Shown one piece after another: positions 1 to 9,099 of a DNA stretch of 30,736 nucleotides. The notes beneath the pieces were generated by a model, which had not been told where the DNA came from, ran no database searches, and worked only from the letters and a program-made list of their open reading frames with translations. Where the stretch lies: positions 1 to 30,736 of IMG/VR virus record IMGVR_UViG_3300028883_000027, one strand, 5' to 3'. Origin of the DNA: a virus. Taxonomy: Duplodnaviria > Caudoviricetes. The translations under genes and the position numbers were made by a program. How positions within the stretch are numbered: the first letter of the stretch is position 1; each line of letters opens with the position of its first letter.

Positions 1-219
1 CTCAAGGAACAACAGGTTCTCAAGGAACAACAGGTTCTCAAGGAACTGATGGAGCTCAAGGAACTCAAGGTATTCAAGGTATTCAAGGTATTACAGGTTC
101 TCAAGGAACAACAGGTTCTCAAGGAACAACAGGTTCTCAAGGAACTGATGGAGCTCAAGGAACTCAAGGTATTCAAGGTATTCAAGGTATTACAGGTTCT
201 CAAGGAACAACAGGTTCTC
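1..219. repeat. Terminal overlap identical to 30518..30736 (two 99-bp tandem units plus 21 bp)
   Basis: Base-by-base comparison of both window ends; the reading frame is preserved across the join. Confidence 0.9.
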
Positions 220-1241
220 AAGGAACTGATGGAGCTCAAGGAACTCAAGGTATTCAAGGTATTACAGGTTCTCAAGGAACAACAGGTTCTCAAGGAACTG
301 ATGGAGCTCAAGGAACTCAAGGTATTCAAGGTATTCAAGGTATTACAGGTTCTCAAGGAACTGATGGAGCTCAAGGTATACAAGGTATTCAAGGAATTCA
401 AGGTATTCAAGGAATTCAAGGTATTCAAGGAATTCAAGGTATTCAAGGAATAACAGGTTCTCAAGGAACTGATGGAGCTCAAGGTATACAAGGTATTCAA
501 GGAATTCAAGGTATTCAAGGAATAACAGGTTCTCAAGGAACAACAGGTTCTCAAGGAACTGATGGAGCTCAAGGAACTGATGGAGCTCAAGGTATTCAGG
601 GTATTCAGGGTATTACAGGTTCTCAAGGAACTGATGGAGCTCAAGGAACTCAAGGTATTCAAGGTATTCAAGGTATTACAGGTTCTCAAGGAACTGATGG
701 AGCTCAAGGTATACAAGGTATTCAAGGAATTCAAGGTATTCAAGGAATAACAGGTTCTCAAGGAACAACAGGTTCTCAAGGAACTGATGGAGCTCAAGGA
801 ACTGATGGAGCTCAAGGTATTCAGGGTATTCAGGGTATTACAGGTTCTCAAGGAATTCAAGGAATAACAGGTTCTCAAGGAATTCAAGGTATACAGGGAA
901 TTCAAGGTATACAGGGAATTCAAGGTATTACAGGTTCTCAAGGAACTCAAGGAGAAGGTGACGCAACAGTTCAAGGAATTACAGGAGCTTATACTGTAGC
1001 TGCATTAAATGCAAATAATTTAATTGATGCATCAGGTACATTTACAATTACATTACCTGATTCTTTAAATACAGGATATCAAACTACAATTGTTAATTCT
1101 GGATTAGGAGATATTACATTATCTGCAACAACAACTTTATATACAACAGATGGTTCAGTAGTAATTCGAGACCAATATGCTGCAGCATCAGCTATTCATA
1201 AAGGTAGTAATATATGGTATGCCTTCGGAAATTTAAAATAA
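1..1241 (+). CDS. 3' part of giant collagen-like (Gly-X-Y) fibre protein; continues from 28888..30736 across the circular junction
   Basis: Frame starting at base 3 reads QGTTGSQGTTGSQGTDGAQGTQGIQG... without stops to about 953, then a ~95-aa globular end (ATVQGITGAYTVAALNANNLIDASGTFTITLP...SAIHKGSNIWYAFGNLK) and TAA at 1239-1241. Missed by the ORF track because it has no start in this fragment. Confidence 0.9.
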   Translation, partial: QGTTGSQGTTGSQGTDGAQGTQGIQGIQGITGSQGTTGSQGTTGSQGTDGAQGTQGIQGIQGITGSQGTTGSQGTDGAQGTQGIQGITGSQGTTGSQGTDGAQGTQGIQGIQGITGSQGTDGAQGIQGIQGIQGIQGIQGIQGIQGIQGITGSQGTDGAQGIQGIQGIQGIQGITGSQGTTGSQGTDGAQGTDGAQGIQGIQGITGSQGTDGAQGTQGIQGIQGITGSQGTDGAQGIQGIQGIQGIQGITGSQGTTGSQGTDGAQGTDGAQGIQGIQGITGSQGIQGITGSQGIQGIQGIQGIQGIQGITGSQGTQGEGDATVQGITGAYTVAALNANNLIDASGTFTITLPDSLNTGYQTTIVNSGLGDITLSATTTLYTTDGSVVIRDQYAAASAIHKGSNIWYAFGNLK

Positions 1242-1245
1242 TAAT

Positions 1246-2178
1246 ATGAGTACTATATTAAGACACGGAATATTAGATTATAAAATTGAATTACCAGTAG
1301 GAGCAGAAAAAGATTATATTGTTAAAATTTATACTAATGCTTATGATGAAAATTTTGTTGCTGCATTAGGAATTACTGGTGGAGGTACTTTAGATTGGGA
1401 TTTTGGAGATGACACATCAATTTCTGCAAATGATGTAGATCATACATATTCATCACCTGGAAATAAAATAGTGACTGTAACTAAAGGAACTACTTCAGGA
1501 GCAGATGCTATATCATCTATAGATATTGGTGATACTTCAGTTTATGGTACATTGGATCTTAGTGATTTTACTAGTTTAACTGGAATATTATGGTTTGATA
1601 AGACTCCAGAACTTACTACAGTATTACTTCCACCGCAAGGTTCAAATTGTGGTTGTAGTAATTTTAATGCTACAAAAGCAGGTATTGAAGGAGTTTTAGA
1701 TATGAGAGGATTTTCAACTCTTCCAGAGAATTATTTCTATGCATATCTATGTCCTAATTTAACTAATATATTATTTAATGGTGATAATAGTCATACAAGT
1801 TCAATGAATAATTTTTGGGTATCAAATTGTAATATTACAGGAATATTTGATGTATCTTGTTATACTGGAATTAGTGGTGTATTTAATATTCAAAATAATA
1901 CTAATTTATGTGAAATTATTTTACCTGATGTATTAACACAACAATTTACAAGTTTTGATGCTGATGATTGTTCATTATCTCAAACATCTGTTGATGCTAT
2001 CTTTTCTAAAATGAATACATATTTTAGTTCAAATAGTCCTACTGCAAATTTAGCTGTTGATGTTCACGGAGGTACAAATATGCCTCCAACGGATGGAGCT
2101 TCTAATGCTGATATTGTTAGTTTAACATCAATTTTTACAGGTGCAGGTCGTACATTTTCAGCTAATATAAATACATAA
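1246..2178 (+). CDS. Putative virion adhesin/receptor-binding protein with PKD-like and LRR-like regions
   Basis: DWDFGDDTS...HTYSSPGNKIVTV is PKD-like; recurring LDLS/LDMR/FDVS and LTNILF/LCEIILP resemble LRR units; starts 4 nt after the fibre gene stop. Confidence 0.6.
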   Translation: MSTILRHGILDYKIELPVGAEKDYIVKIYTNAYDENFVAALGITGGGTLDWDFGDDTSISANDVDHTYSSPGNKIVTVTKGTTSGADAISSIDIGDTSVYGTLDLSDFTSLTGILWFDKTPELTTVLLPPQGSNCGCSNFNATKAGIEGVLDMRGFSTLPENYFYAYLCPNLTNILFNGDNSHTSSMNNFWVSNCNITGIFDVSCYTGISGVFNIQNNTNLCEIILPDVLTQQFTSFDADDCSLSQTSVDAIFSKMNTYFSSNSPTANLAVDVHGGTNMPPTDGASNADIVSLTSIFTGAGRTFSANINT

Positions 2179-2194
2179 AATAAATATATAAATT

Positions 2195-2506
2195 ATGGCA
2201 ACAAATAGAATAGAAATATATCAACATAATACAAGGTCAATTGGTTGTGTTATAGGTGGAGGGCCTGCAGATTTAAGCACATATATACCTTATTTTACTG
2301 TCAAATCAAGGGCTTCAGGTTCTACATCCATAATAACCTCAACAGGCAGTGTAACAGATGCTTCAACATTATCTTTTAATTTATCATCAACAGATACGAG
2401 TGTTGACCCAGGAAATTATGTATATGATATAACAATTGAAAATGGAACTACTATTTATACTGTAGTTAAAGACTCATTTATAGTATTAGAAGCTGTTAAA
2501 TATTAA
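2195..2506 (+). CDS. BppU-like N-terminal/baseplate-associated small virion protein
   Basis: YFTVK...FNLSSTDT..DPGNYVYDITI...TVVKDSFIV pattern typical of these beta-sandwich phage proteins; located in the tail region. Confidence 0.5.
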   Translation: MATNRIEIYQHNTRSIGCVIGGGPADLSTYIPYFTVKSRASGSTSIITSTGSVTDASTLSFNLSSTDTSVDPGNYVYDITIENGTTIYTVVKDSFIVLEAVKY

Positions 2507-2520
2507 AATAATTATGCAAT

Positions 2521-2856
2521 ATGAATAATGATGAAAAATTATTTAATGAAAAAATAAGAGGAATATATGCAGCAATAGAAGCAAATGCTAATATAAATTA
2601 TAAAGAATTTAAGAATATTAGTATAAAATTAGATAGAATAGAGGAACAAACAACAAAAACAAATGATAGAGTTACAAAATTAGAATTAAATGAAAAAGAA
2701 AGATATAATAAATGTCCTAATACAACAGAAGTTAAAGAAATTCAAAATAATTTATTAGAATATAAAATGTTTAAAAAATATCCTAAATTATTTTTTATAC
2801 TTGGAAGCTTAATAGGATTACTTTTTATAGCTCAATTTATATTTTCAATAATATAA
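2521..2856 (+). CDS. Coiled-coil protein with C-terminal transmembrane helix (possible holin-like/lysis accessory)
   Basis: KLDRIEEQTTKTNDRVTKLE coiled coil; hydrophobic end LFFILGSLIGLLFIAQFIFSII; end of the late operon. Confidence 0.45.
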   Translation: MNNDEKLFNEKIRGIYAAIEANANINYKEFKNISIKLDRIEEQTTKTNDRVTKLELNEKERYNKCPNTTEVKEIQNNLLEYKMFKKYPKLFFILGSLIGLLFIAQFIFSII

Positions 2857-2880
2857 AATATTTAAAATAATATATAATGA

Positions 2881-3177
2881 ATGGATAATAAAAAAAATAA
2901 ATATGAATTAGAAAAAATACCTATACGTAATGATGTTAAAAAACGTATTAAAAGTAAAAAAACATCCGATATAGCTGCTATAGATTTATTACATATAATA
3001 GGACGTATGATGTCTATGCAAGATGATGCATATGATGAACAATTTGATAATGTTTTTAAATATCTTAATGAAATAATTAATAAAATAGATGTATTAAATG
3101 ATTGTATTACTGAACTTAAAAATGAACTTAATATTACTAAGAGTGATGTTGAAGAATTACAAAGTAATGTAGCATAG
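2881..3177 (+). CDS. Hypothetical protein with C-terminal coiled coil
   Basis: 98-aa ORF with heptad pattern at the C terminus. Confidence 0.6.
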   Translation: MDNKKNKYELEKIPIRNDVKKRIKSKKTSDIAAIDLLHIIGRMMSMQDDAYDEQFDNVFKYLNEIINKIDVLNDCITELKNELNITKSDVEELQSNVA

Positions 3178-3288
3178 TATATACATTTAATAAATATAAA
3201 GGCAAAAAATAAAAATATTTAATAATAAATTATAAAATATATTCTTATATTTTATTCATATTCAATCAATTATATAATATAATTAAAG

Positions 3289-3320
3289 AAACTACTATAT
3301 TAATGGTAGTTTTTTTGTTT
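3289..3320 (+). terminator. Intrinsic terminator ending the late operon
   Basis: AAACTACTAT-atta-ATGGTAGTTT stem with one G-U pair, followed by a T-run. Confidence 0.65.
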
Positions 3321-3371
3321 ATACTAACAAAAATTTTGTATATATTTATTCCATAATTTAATATTAAAGTT

Positions 3372-4949
3372 ATGGAAAAAATAGTCCTTTACAGTAGAGT
3401 CTCAACACAGGACCAAGATTATGAGTCCCAATTTGAAGACTTAAAAAAATGGGCAACCTTAAATAAATTTGAGGTTGTTGGAGTTTTTGGAGAAAAAGTT
3501 TCAGGATATGATCTGAATGCTGAACGCAAGGAGTATGATGCAATGAAGCAATATGTCCTTGATAATGATATTAAGAATATAGGTATTTGGGAAATCTCTC
3601 GACTTGGAAGATCTATGGTAAAGACAATAAATGAAATTGACTTCTTTAATAAACATAATGTCAATATTCATTTTAAAAAAGAAAACCTTTCATCTATTTC
3701 TGATAATGCAGCAAACACAATGTTACTTTCTATTTTATCCAGTATGGCAGAAATGGAAAGAAATACATTTATTGAAAGAGGTGTTAGAGGTAGAATGGCT
3801 GCAGTTAAAAAAGGGAAAGCGATAGGATATAGCACTCTTCCTTATGGATATACAAAAGATGATAAAGGATATCTAAAAATAGATGATAAAGAATCTAAAA
3901 TTATAAGACAAATTTATGATTGGATTATTAAAGGATGGGCACTTAATCGAATAGCCAGAGAACTTAATAGTCTAAATATTCCTACAAGAAAAAAGATACA
4001 AGGAATCACAAGAAAACTTTATACAGGTGAAGAGGTTGATATTACTTGGAAAGCATCTGTTATTGGAAGAATGGTTAAAAGACCAATTTATAAAGGAGAA
4101 AGAAAATATAGAGATGTTGTAATTTCAATACCTGCAATTGTAGATAAAGAAACCTGGGATAAAGCACAAAAAAGATTTGAAGATAATATAGGATATATTA
4201 ATAGAACAAAATATGAATATTTATTTAAGTCAATGATGAAATGTGGTCATTGTGGATATTCATTTGTTACACAAACTAATACAATAGATAAATATTCATA
4301 TTATTTAGATTTAGGAGATAGAGATCGATATAAGAAATGTAAATCAATTGGTTATTTAAAAATAGAATTAGTAGATGAAGTTATCTATAAACAATTATTC
4401 TTTCATAAAGATAGTATGATACAAGTTCATAAAGATGTAATAAGTAATAGTAATATTGAAAATAAAAAACAACAAATTACATATTATGAGAATGAAATTC
4501 AGAAGTTAGAATCAAAACGTAAAAGAATTCTTAAACTTTATGCAGAAGAATATATTGAAGATGTAGAGCTTCAAAGTAATATGGAAGAAATTACTAAGAA
4601 TAAAATTGAATTTAAAAATAATATAGAACTTCTAAAAAATTCATTACAATCATTACAAGACTTAAGTATGGCAGATACATTAATAGAATATTATTATAGT
4701 GAAGAATATAATATAAAAAGAGAATTTATAGAAAAATATGTAAATGGGATATTCTTATACAGAGTTAAAAATTCAAATCTTAAATTTGAATATCCTTTAA
4801 GAAAAAATGAAAAGGTTATTTATGCTGAAGTATTTGCCTTTGGAAATCCTGAACCATTAAGAATTGTATTTTCAGTTTATTCAAAGAATGTAATTGTTGA
4901 TAGAAATTTAAGCTACTTTAAGGAATTCCAATATTTAACACGTGGATAA
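3372..4949 (+). CDS. Large serine recombinase (phage integrase)
   Basis: Catalytic YSRVSTQDQ, E(K)VSG and ISRLGRS in the resolvase domain; PYGY recombinase domain; KCGHCG zinc ribbon; coiled coil; 525 aa. Confidence 0.95.
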   Translation: MEKIVLYSRVSTQDQDYESQFEDLKKWATLNKFEVVGVFGEKVSGYDLNAERKEYDAMKQYVLDNDIKNIGIWEISRLGRSMVKTINEIDFFNKHNVNIHFKKENLSSISDNAANTMLLSILSSMAEMERNTFIERGVRGRMAAVKKGKAIGYSTLPYGYTKDDKGYLKIDDKESKIIRQIYDWIIKGWALNRIARELNSLNIPTRKKIQGITRKLYTGEEVDITWKASVIGRMVKRPIYKGERKYRDVVISIPAIVDKETWDKAQKRFEDNIGYINRTKYEYLFKSMMKCGHCGYSFVTQTNTIDKYSYYLDLGDRDRYKKCKSIGYLKIELVDEVIYKQLFFHKDSMIQVHKDVISNSNIENKKQQITYYENEIQKLESKRKRILKLYAEEYIEDVELQSNMEEITKNKIEFKNNIELLKNSLQSLQDLSMADTLIEYYYSEEYNIKREFIEKYVNGIFLYRVKNSNLKFEYPLRKNEKVIYAEVFAFGNPEPLRIVFSVYSKNVIVDRNLSYFKEFQYLTRG

Positions 4950-5000
4950 ATCTAAGAATACGAGATAAACTTTAATATTAGATTTAAGATAATATATTTC

Positions 5001-5035
5001 ATAAAAAAGAGGGTCTTAGAGGCCCTCTTTTTTAT
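5001..5035. terminator. Bidirectional intrinsic terminator between convergent genes
   Basis: ATAAAAAAGAGGG (5001-5013) and CCCTCTTTTTTAT (5023-5035) form a perfect 13-bp inverted repeat. Confidence 0.9.
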
Positions 5036-5069
5036 TGCTCTTAATTTTGATTTTGATAAACTTTTCATT

Positions 5070-5303
5070 TTAATAATAAAATTCTTCGTTTCTTCTTTTT
5101 TCTATAACATCTAAAAACTTCTTAAACTCAGGTATTTCTTCCTTAGGACCTTGATGGTCATATGACTCACTAATTCTATAAATAAATTCCTGAATTAAAT
5201 CTTCCAAATATAAATAAACATCTTCTTTAGTTTCCAATTCAGGAATAGACTCAATTATATCAAATATAACGGTACTGTAATCTACCTGTTCTGTTTTTTT
5301 CAT
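5070..5303 (-). CDS. Hypothetical small acidic protein
   Basis: 77-aa ORF, last gene of a tightly packed minus-strand operon. Confidence 0.7.
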   Translation of the reverse strand: MKKTEQVDYSTVIFDIIESIPELETKEDVYLYLEDLIQEFIYRISESYDHQGPKEEIPEFKKFLDVIEKRRNEEFYY

Positions 5304-5304
5304 T

Positions 5305-5733
5305 TTACTTACTCTTATAAATTGGTGGTATTTTATCTTTTAACTTATCAGTAATCATATAAAAGTCATACACACTATCTTCTTCTCCGTAAGTTAATCT
5401 TTTATAAACTTTAACAATTGGATTTGAAATGAAATTTTCATTGACTTTAACTACTAAATTATCCTTTTCATCATATATCCACTTACCACCATATTTTTTT
5501 ATAATACACTCTCCAAGATATATACCCATAACATTGGCTATGTTAGTTTTTTCTTCATCATCATTTTCAAATTTCTCGAATGATCCAAGTAAGTCTTCCA
5601 TATCTTGAATCGATTCATCGCTATACATAGGTTTAGGATTCGCTTCAAGATTTTTATATACTACATCATAGTATCGTTTAGATTCGCTTTTAACGCCTTG
5701 TAATTCTTCTTTTGTTAATTCTGTTTTTTTCAT
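5305..5733 (-). CDS. DUF3806-like protein
   Basis: GIYLGECIIKKYGGKW...NPIVKVYKRLTYGEEDS resembles the DUF3806 pattern as I recall it (no search run). Confidence 0.5.
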   Translation of the reverse strand: MKKTELTKEELQGVKSESKRYYDVVYKNLEANPKPMYSDESIQDMEDLLGSFEKFENDDEEKTNIANVMGIYLGECIIKKYGGKWIYDEKDNLVVKVNENFISNPIVKVYKRLTYGEEDSVYDFYMITDKLKDKIPPIYKSK

Positions 5734-6131
5734 TTTTTATAGTTTTTATAAAATTCATTAGTTAAGTAAATAATAATAGATTGTATATATACTGATTCTT
5801 TTTTATGGTCATTAGAAACTATTAATATATCATCGATATACTTACTATAATTTGAAAAATAATCATCATTTGAATAACCAGAAACTGTTATTGCTTTTCC
5901 TATTGCCATAGTAATCATACCAAAGGCAACTTTATTATTAATCCCATCATTTTTTACTTGTAAATAAGAATATACTCCATTATCAAGATTGTTTCCATAG
6001 TTTTTTATAGTTTCAAGAAAACGTTTTTTATTTTCATTAGAACTACTAGCTATTGAACCTATTTCATTCATAATGTATTCGCTTAACTTGTTAAAAAAGT
6101 CTTTTTGTTCTTCATCAGTTATTGTTTTCAT
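5730..6131 (-). CDS. Hypothetical protein, paralog of 6128..6571
   Basis: Shares the N terminus MKTxTxEEQxDFFxKLSxYI and the C terminus IIIYLTNEFYKxYKK with its neighbour. Confidence 0.8.
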   Translation of the reverse strand: MKTITDEEQKDFFNKLSEYIMNEIGSIASSSNENKKRFLETIKNYGNNLDNGVYSYLQVKNDGINNKVAFGMITMAIGKAITVSGYSNDDYFSNYSKYIDDILIVSNDHKKESVYIQSIIIYLTNEFYKNYKK

Positions 6132-6571
6132 TTTTTATAGGTTTTATAAAATTCGTTTGTTAAATATATTATAATGTATTCCTTGTATTTAGGATTCTTT
6201 TCAGGGTCATCTCCTGTTAATTCTAAAACTGATTGAAAAAGATTATACCAGCGAACAAAAAAGTCTTCAATCTCTTCAGTTGAATAATGAGGCCAGTATG
6301 AAACAATTTGAGTTATTAAAATTTCAATATATTCTGAAATATTATTATCCATTTTATCAAAGAACTTTTTAATTTTTGATTCTTTAATAGTATCTCCAGC
6401 TAAATAAGGATATATTCTTTCATCAAGTTTAATTCCATAATGTTTTACCATTTCAAAGAAACGTTTAACATTTTCATCAGAACTTACAATTATATCATCT
6501 AATTCATCGATTATATAATTACTTAATTTAATAAAAAAGTCCTGTTGTTCTTCATTAGTTACTGTTTTCAT
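6128..6571 (-). CDS. Hypothetical protein, paralog of 5730..6131
   Basis: Same shared termini; ATGA overlap with the next gene. Confidence 0.8.
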   Translation of the reverse strand: MKTVTNEEQQDFFIKLSNYIIDELDDIIVSSDENVKRFFEMVKHYGIKLDERIYPYLAGDTIKESKIKKFFDKMDNNISEYIEILITQIVSYWPHYSTEEIEDFFVRWYNLFQSVLELTGDDPEKNPKYKEYIIIYLTNEFYKTYKK

Positions 6572-6765
6572 TTTTCTTAGTTTTAAGTTAATAATTCACT
6601 TAGGTTAGACACAAAGGATTCTCCCTCAAAATTCATTTCTAAATTTTGACGCATTTTACCCATTAAATTTTCAGGAAAAATTTAAGAACTCTTTTTCTAA
6701 CTTTCTACTATGAATATAGTAAAAATATATGAAACTTCCAAATAATTAGTTGTTAAAATGTTGTT

Positions 6766-6796
6766 AAAAAAAGGGCCTCAATTCCTTGAGACCCTT
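6766..6796 (-). terminator. Intrinsic terminator after 6816..7106
   Basis: Minus strand AAGGGTCTCAA-ggaa-TTGAGGCCCTT followed by TTTTT. Confidence 0.8.
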
Positions 6797-6815
6797 AAGT
6801 TAAGAGAAATAAGAA

Positions 6816-7106
6816 CTATTTCTCAACTTTAGCACGAGCTGCAGGTATTGGAAGGTCTTTTTTAAGACTTTCAATTTCAGTTTTGGTTCTTTTAATTTCT
6901 TGAGCTATTTCTTTAGGAATTGGAAAGTCAATTTTAACCAAATAATCTCCGGTCCTTTTGAGCTTTCTTAAATAGGCCTCTTTTTCATAGACCTCTTTAC
7001 GAGCTCTATTAGTTTCACCTCTATGGATAAGGTTAAGTACCTTTTCCATTTCTTTTTCTGAAGGATTTGTCTTTAGCCATTCTTCAATTGTTTTAAATTT
7101 TTTCAT
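6816..7106 (-). CDS. Hypothetical basic helical protein
   Basis: 96-aa K/E/R-rich ORF with an A-rich leader and its own terminator. Confidence 0.75.
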   Translation of the reverse strand: MKKFKTIEEWLKTNPSEKEMEKVLNLIHRGETNRARKEVYEKEAYLRKLKRTGDYLVKIDFPIPKEIAQEIKRTKTEIESLKKDLPIPAARAKVEK

Positions 7107-7215
7107 TTTTGTAAAATTTAGTTAAACATCTATAAATCAGTGTGATATAAATCTAATATTAATCTATGACTCGATAAAATAAAAAATGAAAAAAGTCTCT
7201 GATTTACAGACATTT

Positions 7216-7245
7216 AAAAAAGAAAGGGCCTCAGGGGCCCTTTTT
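7216..7245. terminator. GC-rich hairpin, likely bidirectional terminator
   Basis: AAAGGGCC-tcagg-GGCCCTTT with T-runs on both strands. Confidence 0.7.
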
Positions 7246-7326
7246 AAAAACCTGGAAATAGTCAATTGACTATAGAACTATGATTTATCCAGGAAAAGAT
7301 GCAATATGGTTAATTGCGTTACATAA

Positions 7327-7388
7327 TATATATTCATTTGGTGTGTGCATTAAGTGGCATTTTCCTCATTTTCTATCAGAATATATAA
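7327..7388. promoter_or_regulatory. Divergent pair of GAATATATA motifs placed symmetrically about an AAGTGGCATTT box
   Basis: Minus-strand GAATATATA at 7335-7327 and plus-strand GAATATATAA at 7379-7388; their midpoint 7357 is the centre of TGGCA (7355-7359). Confidence 0.6.
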
Positions 7389-7406
7389 TTAAAATAAAGA
7401 TAGACT

Positions 7407-7646
7407 ATGAGCAAATCAAAGAAAATTCCAGTCCATTTACGATATGAAAAAAGTGGTGACCTTATTAAGGTAATCAATGACTTTATAGAATTAATGGAAG
7501 AAGCAACCAACGGAGATGTTGATGTTGATATAGATATGATGGGTAAAATCACTATTTATTTTGAAGGAGACTCAAAACCTAAAGTAGAAAAAAGACCTGA
7601 TAAATATGGACTTGAAAATTTACTTTATAGATATGATGAACAATGA
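7407..7646 (+). CDS. Hypothetical protein
   Basis: 79-aa ORF starting 28 nt after the GAATATATA motif. Confidence 0.75.
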   Translation: MSKSKKIPVHLRYEKSGDLIKVINDFIELMEEATNGDVDVDIDMMGKITIYFEGDSKPKVEKRPDKYGLENLLYRYDEQ

Positions 7647-7712
7647 AATTTATTGATATGAAAATTAAAATTAACTGGCTTGTGTCAGGCAAATTAAAAT
7701 TACTCAAAATGG

Positions 7713-8204
7713 GTGATTTCAAGATTAAAAGAATACGAGAAAAAAGAAAGATATTTAGCCTCTATACTATTTAATAATATGAAAGGAATTAAAGAATATT
7801 CTTTCACAGAAGGGCATATATGTTATGACTTTATAGTAACTACAGAAACGGATAAAATAATAATTGGTGAAATAAAGGTGAGAAATAATAATATTGATAA
7901 ATATCCAGATTATATACTACAAGTTGATAAATTACATAATCTTATAAAACGTGCAGAAAAATATAATTATGATATAATATATTATATAAACTTTTTTAAA
8001 ACTAAAGAAAAATCTCAAAAGGATTTCATCATCTTTAATTTATCAGAACGAATTAAAATATGGTATAAAACAAAACCTAAAATTCATTCAATGTTAATGA
8101 ATGCGGAAACGTTTAGAAGTAATAAAATTAAAGTATATAAAGATGTTATACTTCTAAAATATGATGAAAAAATTGATGCTAAGGGAAACTTATCATTAAA
8201 TTAA
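7713..8204 (+). CDS. PD-(D/E)XK nuclease-fold protein
   Basis: YDFIV...IIGEIKVR catalytic-type motif; GTG start with an in-frame stop at 7695-7697 upstream. Confidence 0.7.
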   Translation: MISRLKEYEKKERYLASILFNNMKGIKEYSFTEGHICYDFIVTTETDKIIIGEIKVRNNNIDKYPDYILQVDKLHNLIKRAEKYNYDIIYYINFFKTKEKSQKDFIIFNLSERIKIWYKTKPKIHSMLMNAETFRSNKIKVYKDVILLKYDEKIDAKGNLSLN

Positions 8205-8225
8205 GAATAAAATAAATAAAGAACT

Positions 8226-8882
8226 ATGATAAAACAACAGAAAGGAAAAAGATTAAATAGCACATCATATAATCACAAAAGAAGAAGATTAAATGGTATA
8301 TATGATGCAAATTATGAAGCATCAGTTTATGATGATTTTTTTTATGAAAGAGATTTAAATCAACGAAATGCTTTTAAATATAGAAGAAATATATCAAACT
8401 ATATTTTAGAAAATTTTGAATTTGAAAGTATTGTAGATTTAGGATGTGGTGTAGGTGATATAATAAAACCTCTTGAAGATAAAAAGAAAGTATTAGGTAT
8501 TGATTTTTCTGTTGGGTCAAAGAATAATCATCAACTTAAAAATGAAAATTTTTTACATTTTGATTTAACTAATCCTCTTAACTTAAATAAAGAAGTTGAT
8601 ATTGTATTATCATTAGAGACATATGAACATATACCTAAGAAATTTGAAGAAATATTTGTAAAAAATATATTATCATTTAACCCAAAATATATTATACTAT
8701 CTGTAGCTGCACCTGGACAAATTGGAAGAAGACATCATAATTGTAAGCCTTTACAATATGTTATAGATCAATTTATGCATTATGGATATAATGTGAATGA
8801 AAATAAGATGAATATTTTTAAGACACTAAAATATTTACCTACATATTATAGATATAATACACTTGTTTTTGAAAAGGCTTAA
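8226..8882 (+). CDS. Class I SAM-dependent methyltransferase of the glycan-locus type
   Basis: IVDLGCGVG motif I, GIDFS, SLETYEHI and SVAAPGQIG.HH.NC; no DPPY/NPPY or PC DNA-methylase motif. Confidence 0.85.
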   Translation: MIKQQKGKRLNSTSYNHKRRRLNGIYDANYEASVYDDFFYERDLNQRNAFKYRRNISNYILENFEFESIVDLGCGVGDIIKPLEDKKKVLGIDFSVGSKNNHQLKNENFLHFDLTNPLNLNKEVDIVLSLETYEHIPKKFEEIFVKNILSFNPKYIILSVAAPGQIGRRHHNCKPLQYVIDQFMHYGYNVNENKMNIFKTLKYLPTYYRYNTLVFEKA

Positions 8883-8904
8883 TAAATAAAATAAATATAG
8901 AACT

Positions 8905-9099
8905 ATGGAAACAATATTTATAATAACATTACTTCTGGTATTAATAATCTTAATACTTACAACATATAATATGTTGCGTTATAAAAAATATTATGAAAAT
9001 GCGAAGGATGCATTTATCGATATAGCAAAAAAATATCGAAAAATAGTTAATGATCCTTATGGAACTAAAGAAAATAAATCACAAATAATAGATAACTAA
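8905..9099 (+). CDS. Small membrane-anchored protein
   Basis: N-terminal hydrophobic stretch IFIITLLLVLIILILTTY; AGAACTATG start. Confidence 0.7.
   Translation: METIFIITLLLVLIILILTTYNMLRYKKYYENAKDAFIDIAKKYRKIVNDPYGTKENKSQIIDN

Noticed and set aside
1-219. Biological direct terminal repeat of the virion DNA
   Set aside because: It lies inside a tandem-repeat coding region, as expected for an assembly break; the HNH plus HK97-type terminase points to cos ends near terS instead.
49-750. ORF-track entries such as MELKELKVFKV... and the minus-strand ORF 343..543
   Set aside because: Alternative-frame shadows of the 9-bp-periodic collagen repeat; the Gly-X-Y frame is the continuous one.
3178-3371. 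attP site beside the integrase
   Set aside because: Plausible location (as is 4950-5000), but no convincing imperfect inverted repeat could be separated from AT-rich background; needs a host junction sequence.
7352-7370. Sigma54 promoter, because of TGGCA
   Set aside because: No GC at the -12 position (GG-N10-GC) in any of the three copies.
7280-7447. 55-aa plus-strand ORF starting at AGAACT-ATG 7280
   Set aside because: Runs through both promoter-like motifs and overlaps 7407..7646 out of frame; not called, though not excluded.
8226-8882. DNA methyltransferase forming a restriction-modification pair with the upstream PD-(D/E)XK gene
   Set aside because: Lacks DPPY/NPPY or PC catalytic motifs; the pattern fits small-molecule or glycan methyltransferases.
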